The translations under genes and the position numbers were made by a program. This document shows positions 11,920 through 25,453 of a stretch of 64,000 nucleotides of DNA, one piece after another. Location: NCBI GenBank assembly GCA_951406725.2, contig OX597821.1:52390001-52454000 (forward strand), written 5' to 3'. This DNA is from Octopus vulgaris. Its lineage: Eukaryota. The stretch's first letter is position 1. The number at the start of each line of letters is the position of its first letter. Under the pieces are notes generated by a model. The model saw only the letters and a list, made by a program, of their open reading frames with translations. It was not told where the DNA came from and made no database searches.

Positions 11920-12701
11920 CACACACAAACGCGCGCACACACACACACATATATATATGAATATAAATATATATATACACTCACAATACAGACACACACA
12001 AACACACAGTCATACATACATAAAAAATATATATATAAACATCCATAGACATATAAAAGCACATGTATTGTTCTATATATCGTATATATATATGTGAAGA
12101 TGTATACGTGTGTGTGTTTTCAGTCGCATTGTGTGGTGCCGTGAGCAAGTGTCTACTAATATACCCTCGGGTCAACCAAATATTTGCTGTAGCCCATCTT
12201 CAATACAAAGTCAAATCATGTAAATAATACTTCCAATCAGTTAAGATCAGAAGCCATGGTAACCAGTACCTGGTACTATAGCAAAGCATACCAGTGCCTG
12301 GTATTATTATTATTATTATTATTATTATTGAGTGGATTTGGTAGAGAGAAACTAATAAAAGGTCCTGTCTCGCGTCTTAGTAACCCAGCACGACTTGACA
12401 ACCGGTTCTGGTTTGATTACGTCCCCGTTATTTACCGATAGAAGAAAAGTATAATCGATTTATTCTAATGAAAATATTCTCCAAAACGGTATCCCAGCAC
12501 CGCAGTTGTAAGATTGAAACAAGTAAAATAGCAAAAGAAACATAAATACATGCATAGATACATATATACATGCATATATACATGCATATATACATACATA
12601 CATACGTGTGTATATATTTAGCCCTAGACAGTAATACTCATTGATGATGACTAAGTTCTGGGGTCGATCCAGCATGGCCAAGGTCAAAAGACTGATACAC
12701 G

Positions 12702-12755
<54 letters not shown>

Positions 12756-12848
12756 ACATAAATGTGAAACAAGGTGGAAAAAAGAGTACTCAAATACCAG
12801 TGGTAGAGTAATATGCTTTATTTAAAGCAGCAGAAAATTCAACAAAAC

Positions 12849-12886
12849 CTGTTGCTCTGAGTTTCACGTTACCGTTCGTCGGACAG
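12849..12886 (-). ncRNA. Degenerate hammerhead motif
   Basis: ctgt-CCGACGA-ACG gtaa CGT-GAAA-CTC a GAG-CA-acag. Stems I-III are present, with U4>C and U16.1>C changes. Confidence 0.5.
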
Positions 12887-12937
12887 TTTTTGCTAGAATA
12901 GAACTGATATGTCAATTCTATCCAGACTGTAAATAAA

Positions 12938-13002
<65 letters not shown>

Positions 13003-13140
13003 ATAAAAATGGTAAGACAATAAAAGAAAGAAAGAAACCTCGATATTATGTAAATAGAGGAATTTATGTGTGAATGTAATATGTTACAATTATTTGCTCT
13101 GAAATCCACGCCGCTATCTCTTCAGTTATTCGGCCATCGG

Positions 13141-13192
<52 letters not shown>

Positions 13193-13659
13193 TCACATAC
13201 ATACTCATACACACAATACAGTTAGAGAAGGTTTTCACTCCGTAGATGATTTACGGTATAATTAATCATCATTTGAATGGTGGCCTACTGCGAAACATAC
13301 ATTGTGAGGTGAACACAGATTTGTTTATATTTGCCTAGATTGGTAGGCCTCATAGAAAAGTGAAACGATTCCATTATAACTCTCTACCACGAGGAATAAC
13401 ATCCTAATCTATTTCGTATTTGTAAACATATGACTAAACCTATTGTGTATATATAAAAGTACTTAATCATTTACTGCAAACGTTTAGAGTTTGTAATTCA
13501 AGTTAAGAAAAACAAGTTGTCACAAAACTTAATATTTATTTTTTTTATATATTTTTGTCCTTGTAGTACTCAATTACAATTTCCATTCATATAAAAACAT
13601 AAAAGATTGTAAAAGTATATATTAGGTTGTTTCACTCATTAAAAAAAACAATCATTTAT

Positions 13660-13836
13660 AACTTACAGTTCTATATTTAAGAGATGAGGAATTACGTACA
13701 TTATTTACAATTGACGGATACATGTCCTCGTCTTGTTTGTTGTTAACACAACGTTTTGGCTGATATACACTCCAGCATTCATCTGGTGTCTGGGGAAATT
13801 TCGAACCTGGGTTCTCATTCCTATGGTATTTTTTGA

Positions 13837-13871
<35 letters not shown>

Positions 13872-14740
13872 AATCGAACTCGGAATCTTCGGGTTAGTAG
13901 TCCGCACTCTTAAACACTACGCCATATGCCCTTGGACAATTATGGAGTGAATTTTAGGGATTATAAATCTAATGTTTTCCTATCTTTCCTTAATACCATT
14001 TCCCATAAGCTACTCATATCTGCACTGGGTCTGCTTAGGAGGTTGTTGTGTCCTAGCATATGTGCTGCTTCTTTTAGTTTTCGTATTTTCCAGTGGTGTT
14101 CTCTGTCCATTATTTTAACTTCATTCCACAGGATGGGGCGGGGTCTCTATTTTTCCATATACGATCAGCTATATCCGATCTATCAATATCTCCTCGTGTC
14201 ACAGATTTGCGATGTACGTCTACCCTTATTTTGAAGGGGCGGCATGTTTCGCCTTTGTATTACCTACCACAGCTACATGGGATGGAATACAAGCAGTCTT
14301 TGGTCATATTCATATATTCACTTCTATTGGTGGTTTTACTCGGAGATATTTGCGAAGTTGCGAAGTGTTGTATTACGAAAACTATAAAAAGCAGCACATA
14401 TGCTAGAACACAGCAACCTTTTACGCAGGCCGAGTGCAGATATGAGTAGCATATGGGAGCCGGTATTAAGGCAGGAGAGGGAAATATCAGATTTATAAGC
14501 CCTAAAATTCACTCCATAATTGCCCACGGGCATATGGCGTAGTGGTTAAAAGTGCGGGCTACTAACACCAAGATTCGGAGTTCGATTCTTGACAGTGACC
14601 TAATAATAACAACAACAACAGCATCAAAGACTACCTTAAGAATGAGAGCCCGGGTTCGAAATTTTCCCAAGACACCTGGAGGGTATATCAGCCGAAACGT
14701 TGTGTTAACAATAAACAAGATGAGGACAAATATCCGATAT
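13660..14740 (-). mobile_element. 5'-truncated Penelope-like element (GIY-YIG endonuclease plus 3' pLTR) with an inverted second pLTR copy
   Basis: Minus strand about 14370-13930 reads TKDCLYSIPCSCGR*YKGETCRPFKIRVDVHRK..DIADRIW..WNEVKIMDREHHWKIRKLKEAAHMLGHNNLLSRPS (GIY-YIG). About 13712-14087 is repeated in inverted orientation at about 14371-14736. Each arm has a tRNA-like segment and a decayed hammerhead. Confidence 0.8.
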
Positions 14741-15020
14741 GTGATGAAGTGAAATCCAAGATTTGTTCAGAGTTGCAATACGCTCATTGTTTTAATTTTC
14801 CGATGCTTGACTTCGCATCATCCCAACTTCCCTTCGAGAAAACAGTGATCCTTTAATCATACGAAGCTAAACGTCTACCAATATCTATGTTTGATAAAAA
14901 CAGACTTGCTTTCATATTTTCTCAGATTTTCATAGATTCCTTCTGCACTTGGATAATAAGGGTTAAACACCGTCTTCGGATTAATATATATCTCTTTTGG
15001 CTTTCAGTCACTTTCCATCT

Positions 15021-15021
<1 letters not shown>

Positions 15022-15113
<92 letters not shown>

Positions 15114-15120
15114 ACACATA
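15022..15120. repeat. (CA)n microsatellite
   Basis: Direct reading. Confidence 0.95.
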
Positions 15121-15227
15121 CATACACACGCACCCATACATGTTCATATTTATAGAAAAAGAATGACGAAGACAGGAGAAGGAACAAGTAGGTGTACTAG
15201 TTTGACGCTCGGTAAGAGCGGAAAAGT

Positions 15228-15263
15228 CTTTGACGTTTCGAGCCTACGCTCTTCGACAGAAAG
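15228..15263 (-). ncRNA. Minimal type I hammerhead (A6>U variant) within a PLE-type 3' repeat (about 15150-15335)
   Basis: cttt-CTGTCGA-a-GAGC gtag GCTC-GAAA-CG-TC-aaag. Palindromic ACGT stem III and a GUC triplet. Confidence 0.65.
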
Positions 15264-15583
15264 GGACGAGAAGGCAAAAACTGGAGAGAGAAAAACAAAG
15301 CACACTGTGTCGGGATTAACGGTTTAACATCATTAAATAACTAGAATAAAGAGGGTGAGAGAAGCGGAGATAGTAACGATGACCCGACTAAAGTGAGGTG
15401 CACAAGCGCATGTCTAGGTCAGTATGGTGCATATAAATGTGTATGTGTGAATGGGGACGAGCGCGTGTGAATGTATGTGTGGTGAGCTTAAAATTATGTG
15501 AACCTGTCGGTGTATATGTGTGAGTGATATGTAACTTGTCTGGAATGGTACAACAATGCAGAGTGAACTATAATTACTGTTAT

Positions 15584-15714
15584 AAATAATTTAATTATTC
15601 ATAGTCTCATATATTATTTCGGAATATAAAAATTCCTTCTTCAGATATTGCTAGGAATTAATAAAGAATTTTTATATTCCGAAATATGTTAGACTATGAA
15701 TAATTAAATTATTT
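15584..15714. repeat. Short inverted repeat containing a hammerhead-like core
   Basis: Arms of about 50 bp (15584-15636 and 15666-15714). Minus strand has CTGAAGA-a-GGAAT ttttat ATTCC-GAAA, but stems I and III are not intact. Confidence 0.65.
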
Positions 15715-15795
15715 TTAAGTTATTATATTCCGCCTCTGCATTGTTGCGCCATTCCAGTCACGCTACATTTCACAAACACTACACAATGCCTGCAG

Positions 15796-15864
<69 letters not shown>

Positions 15865-15865
15865 G

Positions 15866-15896
<31 letters not shown>

Positions 15897-15961
15897 TGTG
15901 TGTTTGTGTATACACATACATATATATATACATATATAAGCAGTAAGAAAGTGCTTTGGGT

Positions 15962-16076
15962 CTGATGACGGAGGCTCGACTTATCCACTGTAATTGCTTC
16001 CATTACGGCTGCATAATGTGATGAACTACATCTACCATCATTATAATGGATCACCGAGTCCTCCAAAACAGCTGTT
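15962..16076 (+). ncRNA. Degenerate hammerhead with long stem II
   Basis: CTGATGA-c-GGAGGCTCG...CGAGtCCTCC-AAAA(G12>A)-CAGCTG-TT. Stem I does not pair. Confidence 0.45.
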
Positions 16077-16443
16077 GGGCTTTTATAACATCTTTCTTCT
16101 ACCCGTTTTATTTTCTTTGTCGATTGTACTCTATGTAAGCTGGATGTAATGATATAAATATCTATATATCAATACTTAAAAACTGATCGTCTGAAAGACT
16201 CCAATTTCTGCTCTCTTTCATTTTGCATGTATACATATTTACATATATTGTATTCCATACCCAAATTGTTACATTTAATATATCTAATTTGTTTATCCGC
16301 ATAGTTGCCTCCGTATCTACTCAAATTGACCCCTCTTATAGCAATTCGTTACTCCATGGAATTGATCCTTTGTGAAGAAATCGAAGTCTAATTTTGAATC
16401 ATTTGAGCACCACTAAGAGTGTCTACTCTACTGAGAATCTCTG

Positions 16444-16505
<62 letters not shown>

Positions 16506-16639
16506 GAGGGAAAGAGAGAGAGAGAGGTACATACATATATATATACATGCCTTTGAATGTCGTATCATATGCTTTCGGCAACACCTTTCAACTACCGAGT
16601 GTCGAAGTGCTTCCCTTGAGCAAGTTTGCATACATGAGG

Positions 16640-17770
16640 CTGACAACATCATAAGACTTGGCAGTCAGTGTCTTGAGCAACATTCCTGGTCAGATAACCT
16701 AGAATAATGCCCAAGGAGGTTGCACAAGTCTAGTGCAGCGTATCATCAGATGAAAGGGTGGGCCTATATGAGCAGAGACCTATGCATGGATGTTATTAGA
16801 AAGCTCAGAGATGAAAGTAACGTTGATCATCCATGCATTCTATCATGGATAGTAACCGGATTACTACCTCTTACTGTGAAGAGTATGCATTTGCAATCCA
16901 GGAACAAGAAATATCAACCAAATACCTGATGCACGAAAGTGATAGAGATGCAAGAAAAGTTCTAAAATGTCACAACCGATGCAGGTTTTGTAGAGGTGAC
17001 TCCGAAGATATCACCCACATCATAAACAGTTGTCCGCAAATGTCATCTCGCTATTATCTACTAACGAGACATGTTATAGCTAGGACAATCTGTAATGAAA
17101 TCTGTCGGAAGTTTAACCCCGAAGACAGAGAAATAACATTCCAGGAAATAGTAGACGCCATAGCCACTCAAAATAAAAAAGGAGAACTGGTGGAATGTCC
17201 CAGTGAAGACCTCAAAAATGTAAGCACAACAGACCTGATATAATGATTTGGGACAGAGAGGAGAGACTGTGTACAATTGTAGAAATTAGCTAACATACAA
17301 CTGAAGATCAATGAAAAAGAGGATATCTACGCTGAACTATTGAGAAATCTGCAGTTACTCTATCAAGATTACAAGTTCAGGTTTATACCTGTAATTATTG
17401 GGACCCCGTGATATGTAACGCACTGCCTAAATACCGGTCTTTATAAATTAGGCTTCTCAAAACCTGAAAGTAGAAAGCTAATTCGAAGACTACAGATCCA
17501 ATCCATCACTGGAACTATAAAAATCTGTAAAACTTCCCATAAGTCTATCATTTATATATATATGTGCATGTCTAGGTATGCAAATATATGCATTAGAATG
17601 CATACATAAAACAAAACATACAAATATGCATATATACATACATACACACAAATATGCGTACATACCAACAAAAGTACCCTGTTGTTGAGGCTAAAATTCC
17701 ATGAAAGTGGATGTAGGTTAGGAACCGGCTCTTTCTCTATTAGCGAGAAATCTTGAAATAAAACTTAACA
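16640..17770 (+). mobile_element. Decayed R4/Dong-like non-LTR retrotransposon 3' region (zinc knuckle plus restriction-like endonuclease)
   Basis: AFAIQEQEISTKY...CRFCRGDSEDITHIINSCPQMSSRYYL..RH (CCHC). After frameshifts it continues HNRPDIMIWDREERLCTIVEIS...KEDIYAEL...IPVIIG (PD-(D/E)xK type). Confidence 0.8.
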
Positions 17771-18079
17771 ATGACTTACATAAGTACACACTCATTTGTT
17801 TTTATATGTATATTTGCCTGTATCTCCATCTTTCTATCTGTATAAATTCATATGTAAAGATGTATATATCCACAAGTGAATTAAGCAAAATTTATAATAG
17901 GGTCATTGGTGACAAGTTGTACGAATATTTAGCAATCTTAATCTTATTTTAATTATAAAGCGCCGTATAGTATGGTGGGATACACAATTTAATACTTGAA
18001 AATATATTCCCTCTTGCAATATTTGCCAAAACCTTTAGGAGAAAATTTCGTTTTATTTTTTCACAGAACTGTAGGATTA

Positions 18080-18227
18080 TATAAGGTTGTCCCAAAAGTT
18101 CGTAGAAAGTCTTGGAAAATAATGGTCTTTATTTTGAGGAATAATTTTTGTTGTTTTTGTTAGTAAAAATTGGCGAGTAAAAATTCAATTTTCGCAAGTG
18201 TTTACGAACTTTTGGGACAACCTAATA
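18080..18227. mobile_element. Mariner-type MITE / internally deleted element
   Basis: Perfect 21-bp inverted repeats AGGTTGTCCCAAAAGTTCGTA (18084-18104) and TACGAACTTTTGGGACAACCT (18203-18223), TA-flanked, about 100-bp interior. Confidence 0.8.
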
Positions 18228-20687
18228 ATTCAAGAAAGAAATTATATGCAACTTTGGAAATCGTATAATGAGAGCCTATATTATTACTCAGAGTGCTGTA
18301 GCTAGGAAGGATGGATGTTTACCTTCTATGCAAATTATTAATTATTTTAGGGAACAATGAAAATTCATGTACCAATAGCGCTAGCTCTTGAACATTTTAT
18401 TATGTGCTCCACAGTTTTCACTCCAGTTAACTGTTAGTAATATACATCATTATCACTGCAAGGAAACCAACTACCAAAGAATTGAATTTGTTGCATTAAT
18501 TATTCTGCATTGAATCACTTCACTGCTTGTGAACCAAGTCATTTCTCAGTACAGATCTTAATATTTCATTTCTGCCAAACATGTTTCTCTGCATACAAAT
18601 GATTTCAAAAGCAAATAAATAAATAAATAAAATAAATAAATAAATAAAATAAATATTTAAGACAAAAGAAGTAGAAGCCCTGCCATGCATTCACATGAAG
18701 GCAGAAATGATAATTGTCATGCAATGATAGCCTCTAGTATAATCACACTAATATAGAAACAACATAAAATCAGTTTAAAAAATAATGAAATTTTTCTGAT
18801 ATGAAAGCGAAGCTAATTAGCCAACTTAGTCACCCAGATTGTTTAAATGTTCTGGCTTGTATAAAATGGCAGTTTTTGTTAGTTGTCTCTGTTTAACTGA
18901 ATTGTATTAATACAGTGAAAAACACAACATCAACTTACCATAGTCTCTCAATAACAGATGTACTTTTTAGATGTGTCACTATACATTATTCCTTTAGTAA
19001 CATATATTAACTTTTTTTATGTATTTGAGTAATATACATTAATTCTTTTGTTTTCCTGTTCAGACGAATTCTTATATTGTTAGTATACCCGTGTTTTGCT
19101 ACACGAGAATATATCTCCAGGCACAGAGCGTGTATTACATGTATTACAACAATAAGAAGTGTGTAATTCCCATACAATGATGTCTAAGAAACCAATTATA
19201 TAGTCCGTAGATGTGAAATAATCATTCGTGCAATATGGAAGTTAGATTCAACAAAACGCATGTTCTACTCAAGCCTCTCTTCACAACATCTGATAGCTTC
19301 TTTTGTGGTGATATATATATATATATATATAACTGCAGTATCGTTGCACATGTTTACATAACATGCATAACGGTTTACTGAAACATACGCATTGGTATGC
19401 ATAGGTTGTGCATTAAGGGTAAATCGATAAGCTAATGCGGGTGTCGATAATTGTTGCATATTGAATATAAATGACAATGATTCATGAACAACATTTAGTA
19501 ATTGAAAAGCAAGAAATGCAAACATTAACTTTATATATATATATATATATACATGCACGCAGACACGCACACATACACACATGAACACAAACATATATAA
19601 ATATAGCCATCTAAAGTTTATCAAATGCCTCATTGCATAAATTCTTGATTTATTCAAAATACCTTCGTCTACATGATGTGTGGCAATTACAAAATGACAT
19701 CTGAAAGCAGTTCCAAATAAGAATGATAGTTACTCTCAAAAATCAAGGATGCTTGAAAATGGCGAAAAGCAATTTCAGCAACCTATCTCCGTAAGTATAG
19801 GACACATAGTTATATGCAAATTTGTAGAACATATTTTCGGCCTGGGTGATTTGCATAAATAAAACGAAAATGAGCTAAGATAAACCTGACAGTGGTCTGT
19901 GACATGTGTGAACAAAAGAGTCTAAGAGAATATCAAATACAATCCCATACAAATTCTTGACTTATTCAAATTATCTCTGCCTCTAAAGTAAGAGCGGCCA
20001 TCACCAAATACAAATATAGCTGAGCAATCAGCAATTTCTCCAATGTTTACAAGTCATTAAGCAAAAGGTTTTCTAAAGGCAGACACGATTCTACTAAATG
20101 AAGAATTTATATTGTCTGTTACTCGATATCCTTGTATTCTCTATGTAGTTCATCTACTTGCTACGGGACAGTTTGAGTTATTATGTCTTAGCTCATTCTT
20201 GCGTAATTTATGCAAATGATCTAGACCATCAATGTGTTTTCTTGTTGCATATATTTATGTCCCTTGGCTGTTCGAAATTGGATAAGACAACTGGCATGCT
20301 GAAAAAGCAGAATCATATGGCCACAGCTAGTCGCTTATCCATAGGCAATAAACTTTCATTTTTATTAACCGCACGTCAAATTTGGAGGAATCCTGATTTT
20401 TGAGTTTATTTCCTCTACTTTTATGATGCTGTCCTCAATTGTCATATCTTAATTGTGACATATAAATGGAAGGCGAGGATAAGTTTAATAAATCAAATTG
20501 TTACATGATATTTGATATATCACTATCTATCTATCTATCTATATATATATATATCTACATATATATACATCATATATATTACAAATATCGTAATATATAT
20601 ATCTAATACATAACGTATATATATGTGTATATATATGTATATATACACACATATATATGTATATATATTAAAAAATATATATATATA

Positions 20688-20725
<38 letters not shown>

Positions 20726-21078
20726 TTCAAATTTACATATACACATATTTTGTAATGGAAGACTGGAATATTATTCATTGATTAAACACTAACAGCTGAT
20801 TATAATAACACACCTTTTTTTCCCTGTTTGCTCAGTTGAAGAATATCCAAAGTTTATGATTGGCTGTTTGGCTATTCTTAACACTCCTACCGATGATGCT
20901 GTGACTAAGATTTTCTCACCTGTGTGTTAGTGCCGTCAACTTTTGTTACGTGGGTAGTTTGGTGGTCTGTAGATGTGGTGAGCGTTTCTTACGATGTAAT
21001 ACACGAAAAATCAATAAAAATGCTTTGCACAGATTGATCTGCCATTGTCATTATCTCACTTACTACACATTAATTTCA

Positions 21079-21157
21079 ATACATACATACATACATACAT
21101 ACATACATACATACATACATACATACATACATACATACATACATACATACATACATA
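21079..21157. repeat. (ATAC)n microsatellite
   Basis: Direct reading. Confidence 0.95.
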
Positions 21158-22629
21158 AATATGTACACTCACTCACAGACACGTATATGCACGCACACAT
21201 ACACATTTGTTTTATAAAGTGTGGTTGATATCATTTATAAAATTATTTTTCAAAGAATCGATTATATTTCAAATATTGTAAGCTATTAAAGGAAATAAAA
21301 TCATTTACATCTCTATTTATATATAGGATGATATACGGTCCAAATAATTTGTTTTCTTTTTTCTTTGTATACATGGAACAGGTCGTTTAGTGAGTTTTAC
21401 TGCAAGGACTTGTTTTGGTAAGATCTCATAAAGCACTATTCATTGAATGTTTATTTTGAAGTAGGTAGGTGTTTATTCAGCTTGATATGGCAAGATAATG
21501 GATGGTCGAAGTAAATCCATACGTCCGTCTTTCTGTCTGTCTGTCTATCAATCAATCAATCAATAACTCAATCAATCAATCTAGCTGTCTTCTATTTTCT
21601 GTGTAACTACTGACAAGGTTTCTGTAGGGCAGATAACAGTAATTCCAAATTCCACCATTTATATGATAAACTATAAGAGTGATATTCTCTGAGAAATGGT
21701 AAAACCTAGTTACATATAAGTTACGCTTCTCATGAAATATGTTACATTACTGTCATCGATCATTTCTGTGCAAACTCCTTATAACACAGCGCAACTTCAG
21801 GACAAAAGGATAAAAATGTACCAGTAACAACGTCAATATTAATTCTTTAGAAAGTCCACGGAAGGTCTCTATTAGTCTGTCTCGTACTTTTGAGTTATTC
21901 GCTAATATGAAATAAATATTGATCTGAACGCGATTTTCTTACTGCTCTATTTTCTCTTGCATTTATATTCTAGAGGTTGTTTGTTTAATATCTCAAAACT
22001 GTCGATACCAAATTCCACAGAGATTCACTGTTTCTTCCTTGAACAGTACAAAGTATTCACACATAAACACAGACACACATGCATAAAAGTAAACACAGAC
22101 GCATAGACATTCATAAAAGTGAACAGTATATATGTAAGCATATATATATATATCAAGCGGCCCCATGTGAATTAAAGTTTCGTAGCAAACCTAGTTCGTG
22201 CGACTCATTTAATCGAATGGAGCGATGCAGGAAGTCCATGATGCTTACTGGAAAATGGGTTGCCATTGGTTCAAGAGGAGTCTTATGCTTTCGTTAGAAG
22301 CGAGGTGGACATTCCAGAGATATCAGATGCATGGAAAAGAGTTTCTTGGGCCGCGAGGCTAGAGAGGAAAGTGGTGGCGCCTTGCTGTTTGTATTGTCTT
22401 TGAAGTAAATTGCGAGCGTGTGTGTGCTTGTGTGTGTTTGACTCTGTGTGTGTACGTGTGTGTATGTACTTGATGTATGAGTGTGTAAATGCGTGTGACT
22501 GAGGCCTATGCGTGTATGTATGCTATGCCTATGAGGGTAAACCAGTGAGTGGGTGAGAACTGATGCCGACAACTCGTTCATTGTGTTTCTACGTTTGATA
22601 GACTGTGTGTACGTACGGGTGCGGTTGCG

Positions 22630-23500
22630 TAACAGTTGCGAACAGGCTGAAGTTTTCGAATATCTTTATCAGGACATTTCTAAACTTGTGAATGGCGTAG
22701 CAGTTTATATAACTTGAGATTGCAAGGCCGCCGTCTCTGTAAAGAGCGGACCTTGGTGGGTGTGAGCGTTTGTTGTGGTTATCCAAAATGAATAAACCGC
22801 CGAGTTCGGCGAACCCAGCCTCGTTGTGGCTCCACATAGAAATGCCGAACAGCGGATTGCCTTTTTTCTTCACCCCGAAAGTATCGTTGTCAGACAGGAA
22901 ACACTTTTTAGCGCTTATGATGATTCCGACATCTAGATCACTTATACTAGTGAATAACCTAGCAAAATTCAGAGTTTTCTGGAATGAGGTTTCGGTATAG
23001 ATGGGTAAAAACCCACGAAGTCAATCTGCATGTATCTGCACACTGATTTGTTCTGGATAGCACGTTACTAGTCGATCACATATGCGCTGAAATCCCGTTG
23101 AAAAAAAACTTGTGATCTTTCTAATATTCGAGTTGCTGGGTTCACGAATACGCTTATGACAATGTTTATCTCACTTTTGGAAGTGCTAATCAGTACCCAT
23201 TTGGATTTGGGGAGGAAATTAAATTTGCGATACGTAAGTGTAATATAGGGCGAATGGTCGCATCGCCAGGCTGTTTTCACTATTAAGAAGGATGGCTTTC
23301 TCGTCGTCTTCTGCATTTGTGCTGTTTCATGTGAAGATGCCACTTTGCGTCTACGTCTTGATAATCATGTTTGTGAGGAATCTTACGTTTGTGGTAATGC
23401 TTGTTTCATAAATGTTAATTGCTTTGTCATTGTGGATAGAAATATTAGGCGATTGAACAATTTTTGCCATGTAGTCACTTAAAGATGTTAGGAAGGTGAT
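22630..23500 (-). mobile_element. Decayed Penelope-like reverse transcriptase
   Basis: In order: NDKAINIYE (ADKT-like), YITLTYRKFNFLPKSKWVLISTSKSEI, FYPS...LNFARLFT, KKKGNPLFGISMWSHNEAGFAELGGLFIL, LYRDGGLAI (decayed F.V.MGS.DGAE..ELVGL and LYRDDGL). Many frameshifts. Confidence 0.7.
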
Positions 23501-23504
23501 AGAA

Positions 23505-24520
23505 TGATGCATCAACCTTATTGAAGATACAACATACAAATTCAAATCCAGACAAATTTTTACCGTAAAAAATCACTTTACATTTTCTTAAAGGAATTTT
23601 ACATACGCTATCAAATATCCAGGATGTAATAAATATTACAAACAAAACTTAACTTAAGAAACAGGCTGACCATTCATCGACAACAGATACGAAACCCAAG
23701 GACTAGACAGATTCCACTGAGTGAACACATAGATATATGTGCAAAAAATAAGTCCCCCAAATTCCATTTCTTCCCACTCTACCTATGTTTAGCGAATATC
23801 ACAGATGGGGCAGTGATAAACAAAGAAAATACTTGAATACAAAAGTACAAACCAAGACTTAAACTTTCACAGGCTACATACACTAATAACTATTTACATA
23901 CAAAATTCATTATGCCACTTATCATGAGAAAGCTACACAGCTAACGAGCTAAACTTTAGCTACTGGACTACATACAAACAACTCCTGTCTACTCTCCCAC
24001 CAGACAGATTATTTTTGGAGAGCTTTGATTATAACTAAATATGTTCACTCAACCATGTCGGCCTTCTTTTTATGCCCAAAATATACTTTCATATGACACA
24101 AACACACGAACGTAGCGGGAAGCGTACAGAAGGTTATAATCTTAATCATGTGTTTATTCTCTACAAACACTTGGCTGAAAACATTCAGAGCATTGATTGC
24201 TTGGACATGTTCAGTCAAACGTATCAGCCTTAACTTACGACGTTAAACATTGTCACTTGATACTAACAGACGAACGTAGCAGGGAACCTGCAAAAAATAT
24301 CTAAGACCAGACATAAGATTCCCCTGTAACAATCAAATCCTATTCAAAACATACTCATTTCAGCCATGAACTCTCTATAAAAATAGAGCAAGCTTCAAAC
24401 ACTTGTCAGAAGCAAGGCAGCTGCGACACAAGCCACGCCTTTCTATTTGGACCTTTCGAAAAATCAGCGTAAACTATGAACCCGGTTAAAGCTTTAAATA
24501 TATAAATAAAAAATAGCTTA
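23505..24520 (+). mobile_element. Decayed Penelope-like GIY-YIG endonuclease and 3' region with relic hammerhead and AATAAA
   Basis: NFTYAIKYPGCNKY...LRNRLTIHRQQIRNPRTRQIPLSEHIDICAKNKSPKFHFFPLY...KE..IQKYKP.L. A relic hammerhead cttt-CGAAAA-ATCAG..CTAT-GAAC-CCGG-TT-aaag at 24453-24491 is followed by aataaa. Confidence 0.65.
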
Positions 24521-25371
24521 ACTATTCTCTGCATTTTCAGCTTTTATTTTTCCTATATTTCTACCCATGTGGAATAAAATTACTTAGTTTTCTATAACAG
24601 ACTCAAAATATAGAACATATACTAGGGTCAATTTGCTCAAATAAAATCCTTCAATACGGTGCCCTAGGATGAACACGGTCTAATGACTGAAACAAGTCAT
24701 TAGAAATGGTGATGCAAAGACGCATGCACGTAGTTATATGAGTATCCCAAACTGTTGCGTCATTCTCAAATCCTTTGCAACATCATTTTGCTTACACTCG
24801 AATATCCACACAGATACAAACACATATTCATGTACACAGTCAGAGATCCATATACACAAATGTAATATATGTTTTCGTTTAGAAAATTGTGTTTAGAGCA
24901 GTGTTGACAAATACATTTTATCTACGACATTTACTGTCTGAAATTGAGTTTAAATAATTAAACAACCAATGTGTAATCCACAAGACAGCAGGTATAAGAG
25001 AAAAAGTATTTCAATGATAATTATTATTCTCGATTTGTTCCTCAATATTCCATATCAATTTTCTAAACAATCCCAAAGGCTAGATTAACATTTACATTGT
25101 TATGAATCTAGGAAGCTGTGTGCAATACTTTATGCTTTATCTTACTGATGCATAAAATACATGACATACACATCTTTATATATAAATATATATAAAGATA
25201 ACTTCCTAGAAACACTAAAGGGTTTGAATAAATATTTAAATTTCAGCTAATTAATCGAATTTATCTAATCAATTAGATAATCAATTAGGGGTCATGAATG
25301 ATAAAATTTGTAAACATATTTACGCGTATGTGTATATTCGTATATATGTTTATATATATATATATATATAT

Positions 25372-25410
<39 letters not shown>

Positions 25411-25453
25411 TATATAAAAGGGCTTAGTAAAATAAATTACTTCGCCGCATACT

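Noticed and set aside
14528-14600. tRNA gene candidates here and at 11845-11919
   Set aside because: A and B boxes are present but the acceptor and anticodon stems do not pair properly, and both are embedded in retroelements.
19600-20100. Possible Pif1/Helitron helicase fragments (GDRLL.., NIGE)
   Set aside because: Similarity is weak and the motif order is inconsistent.
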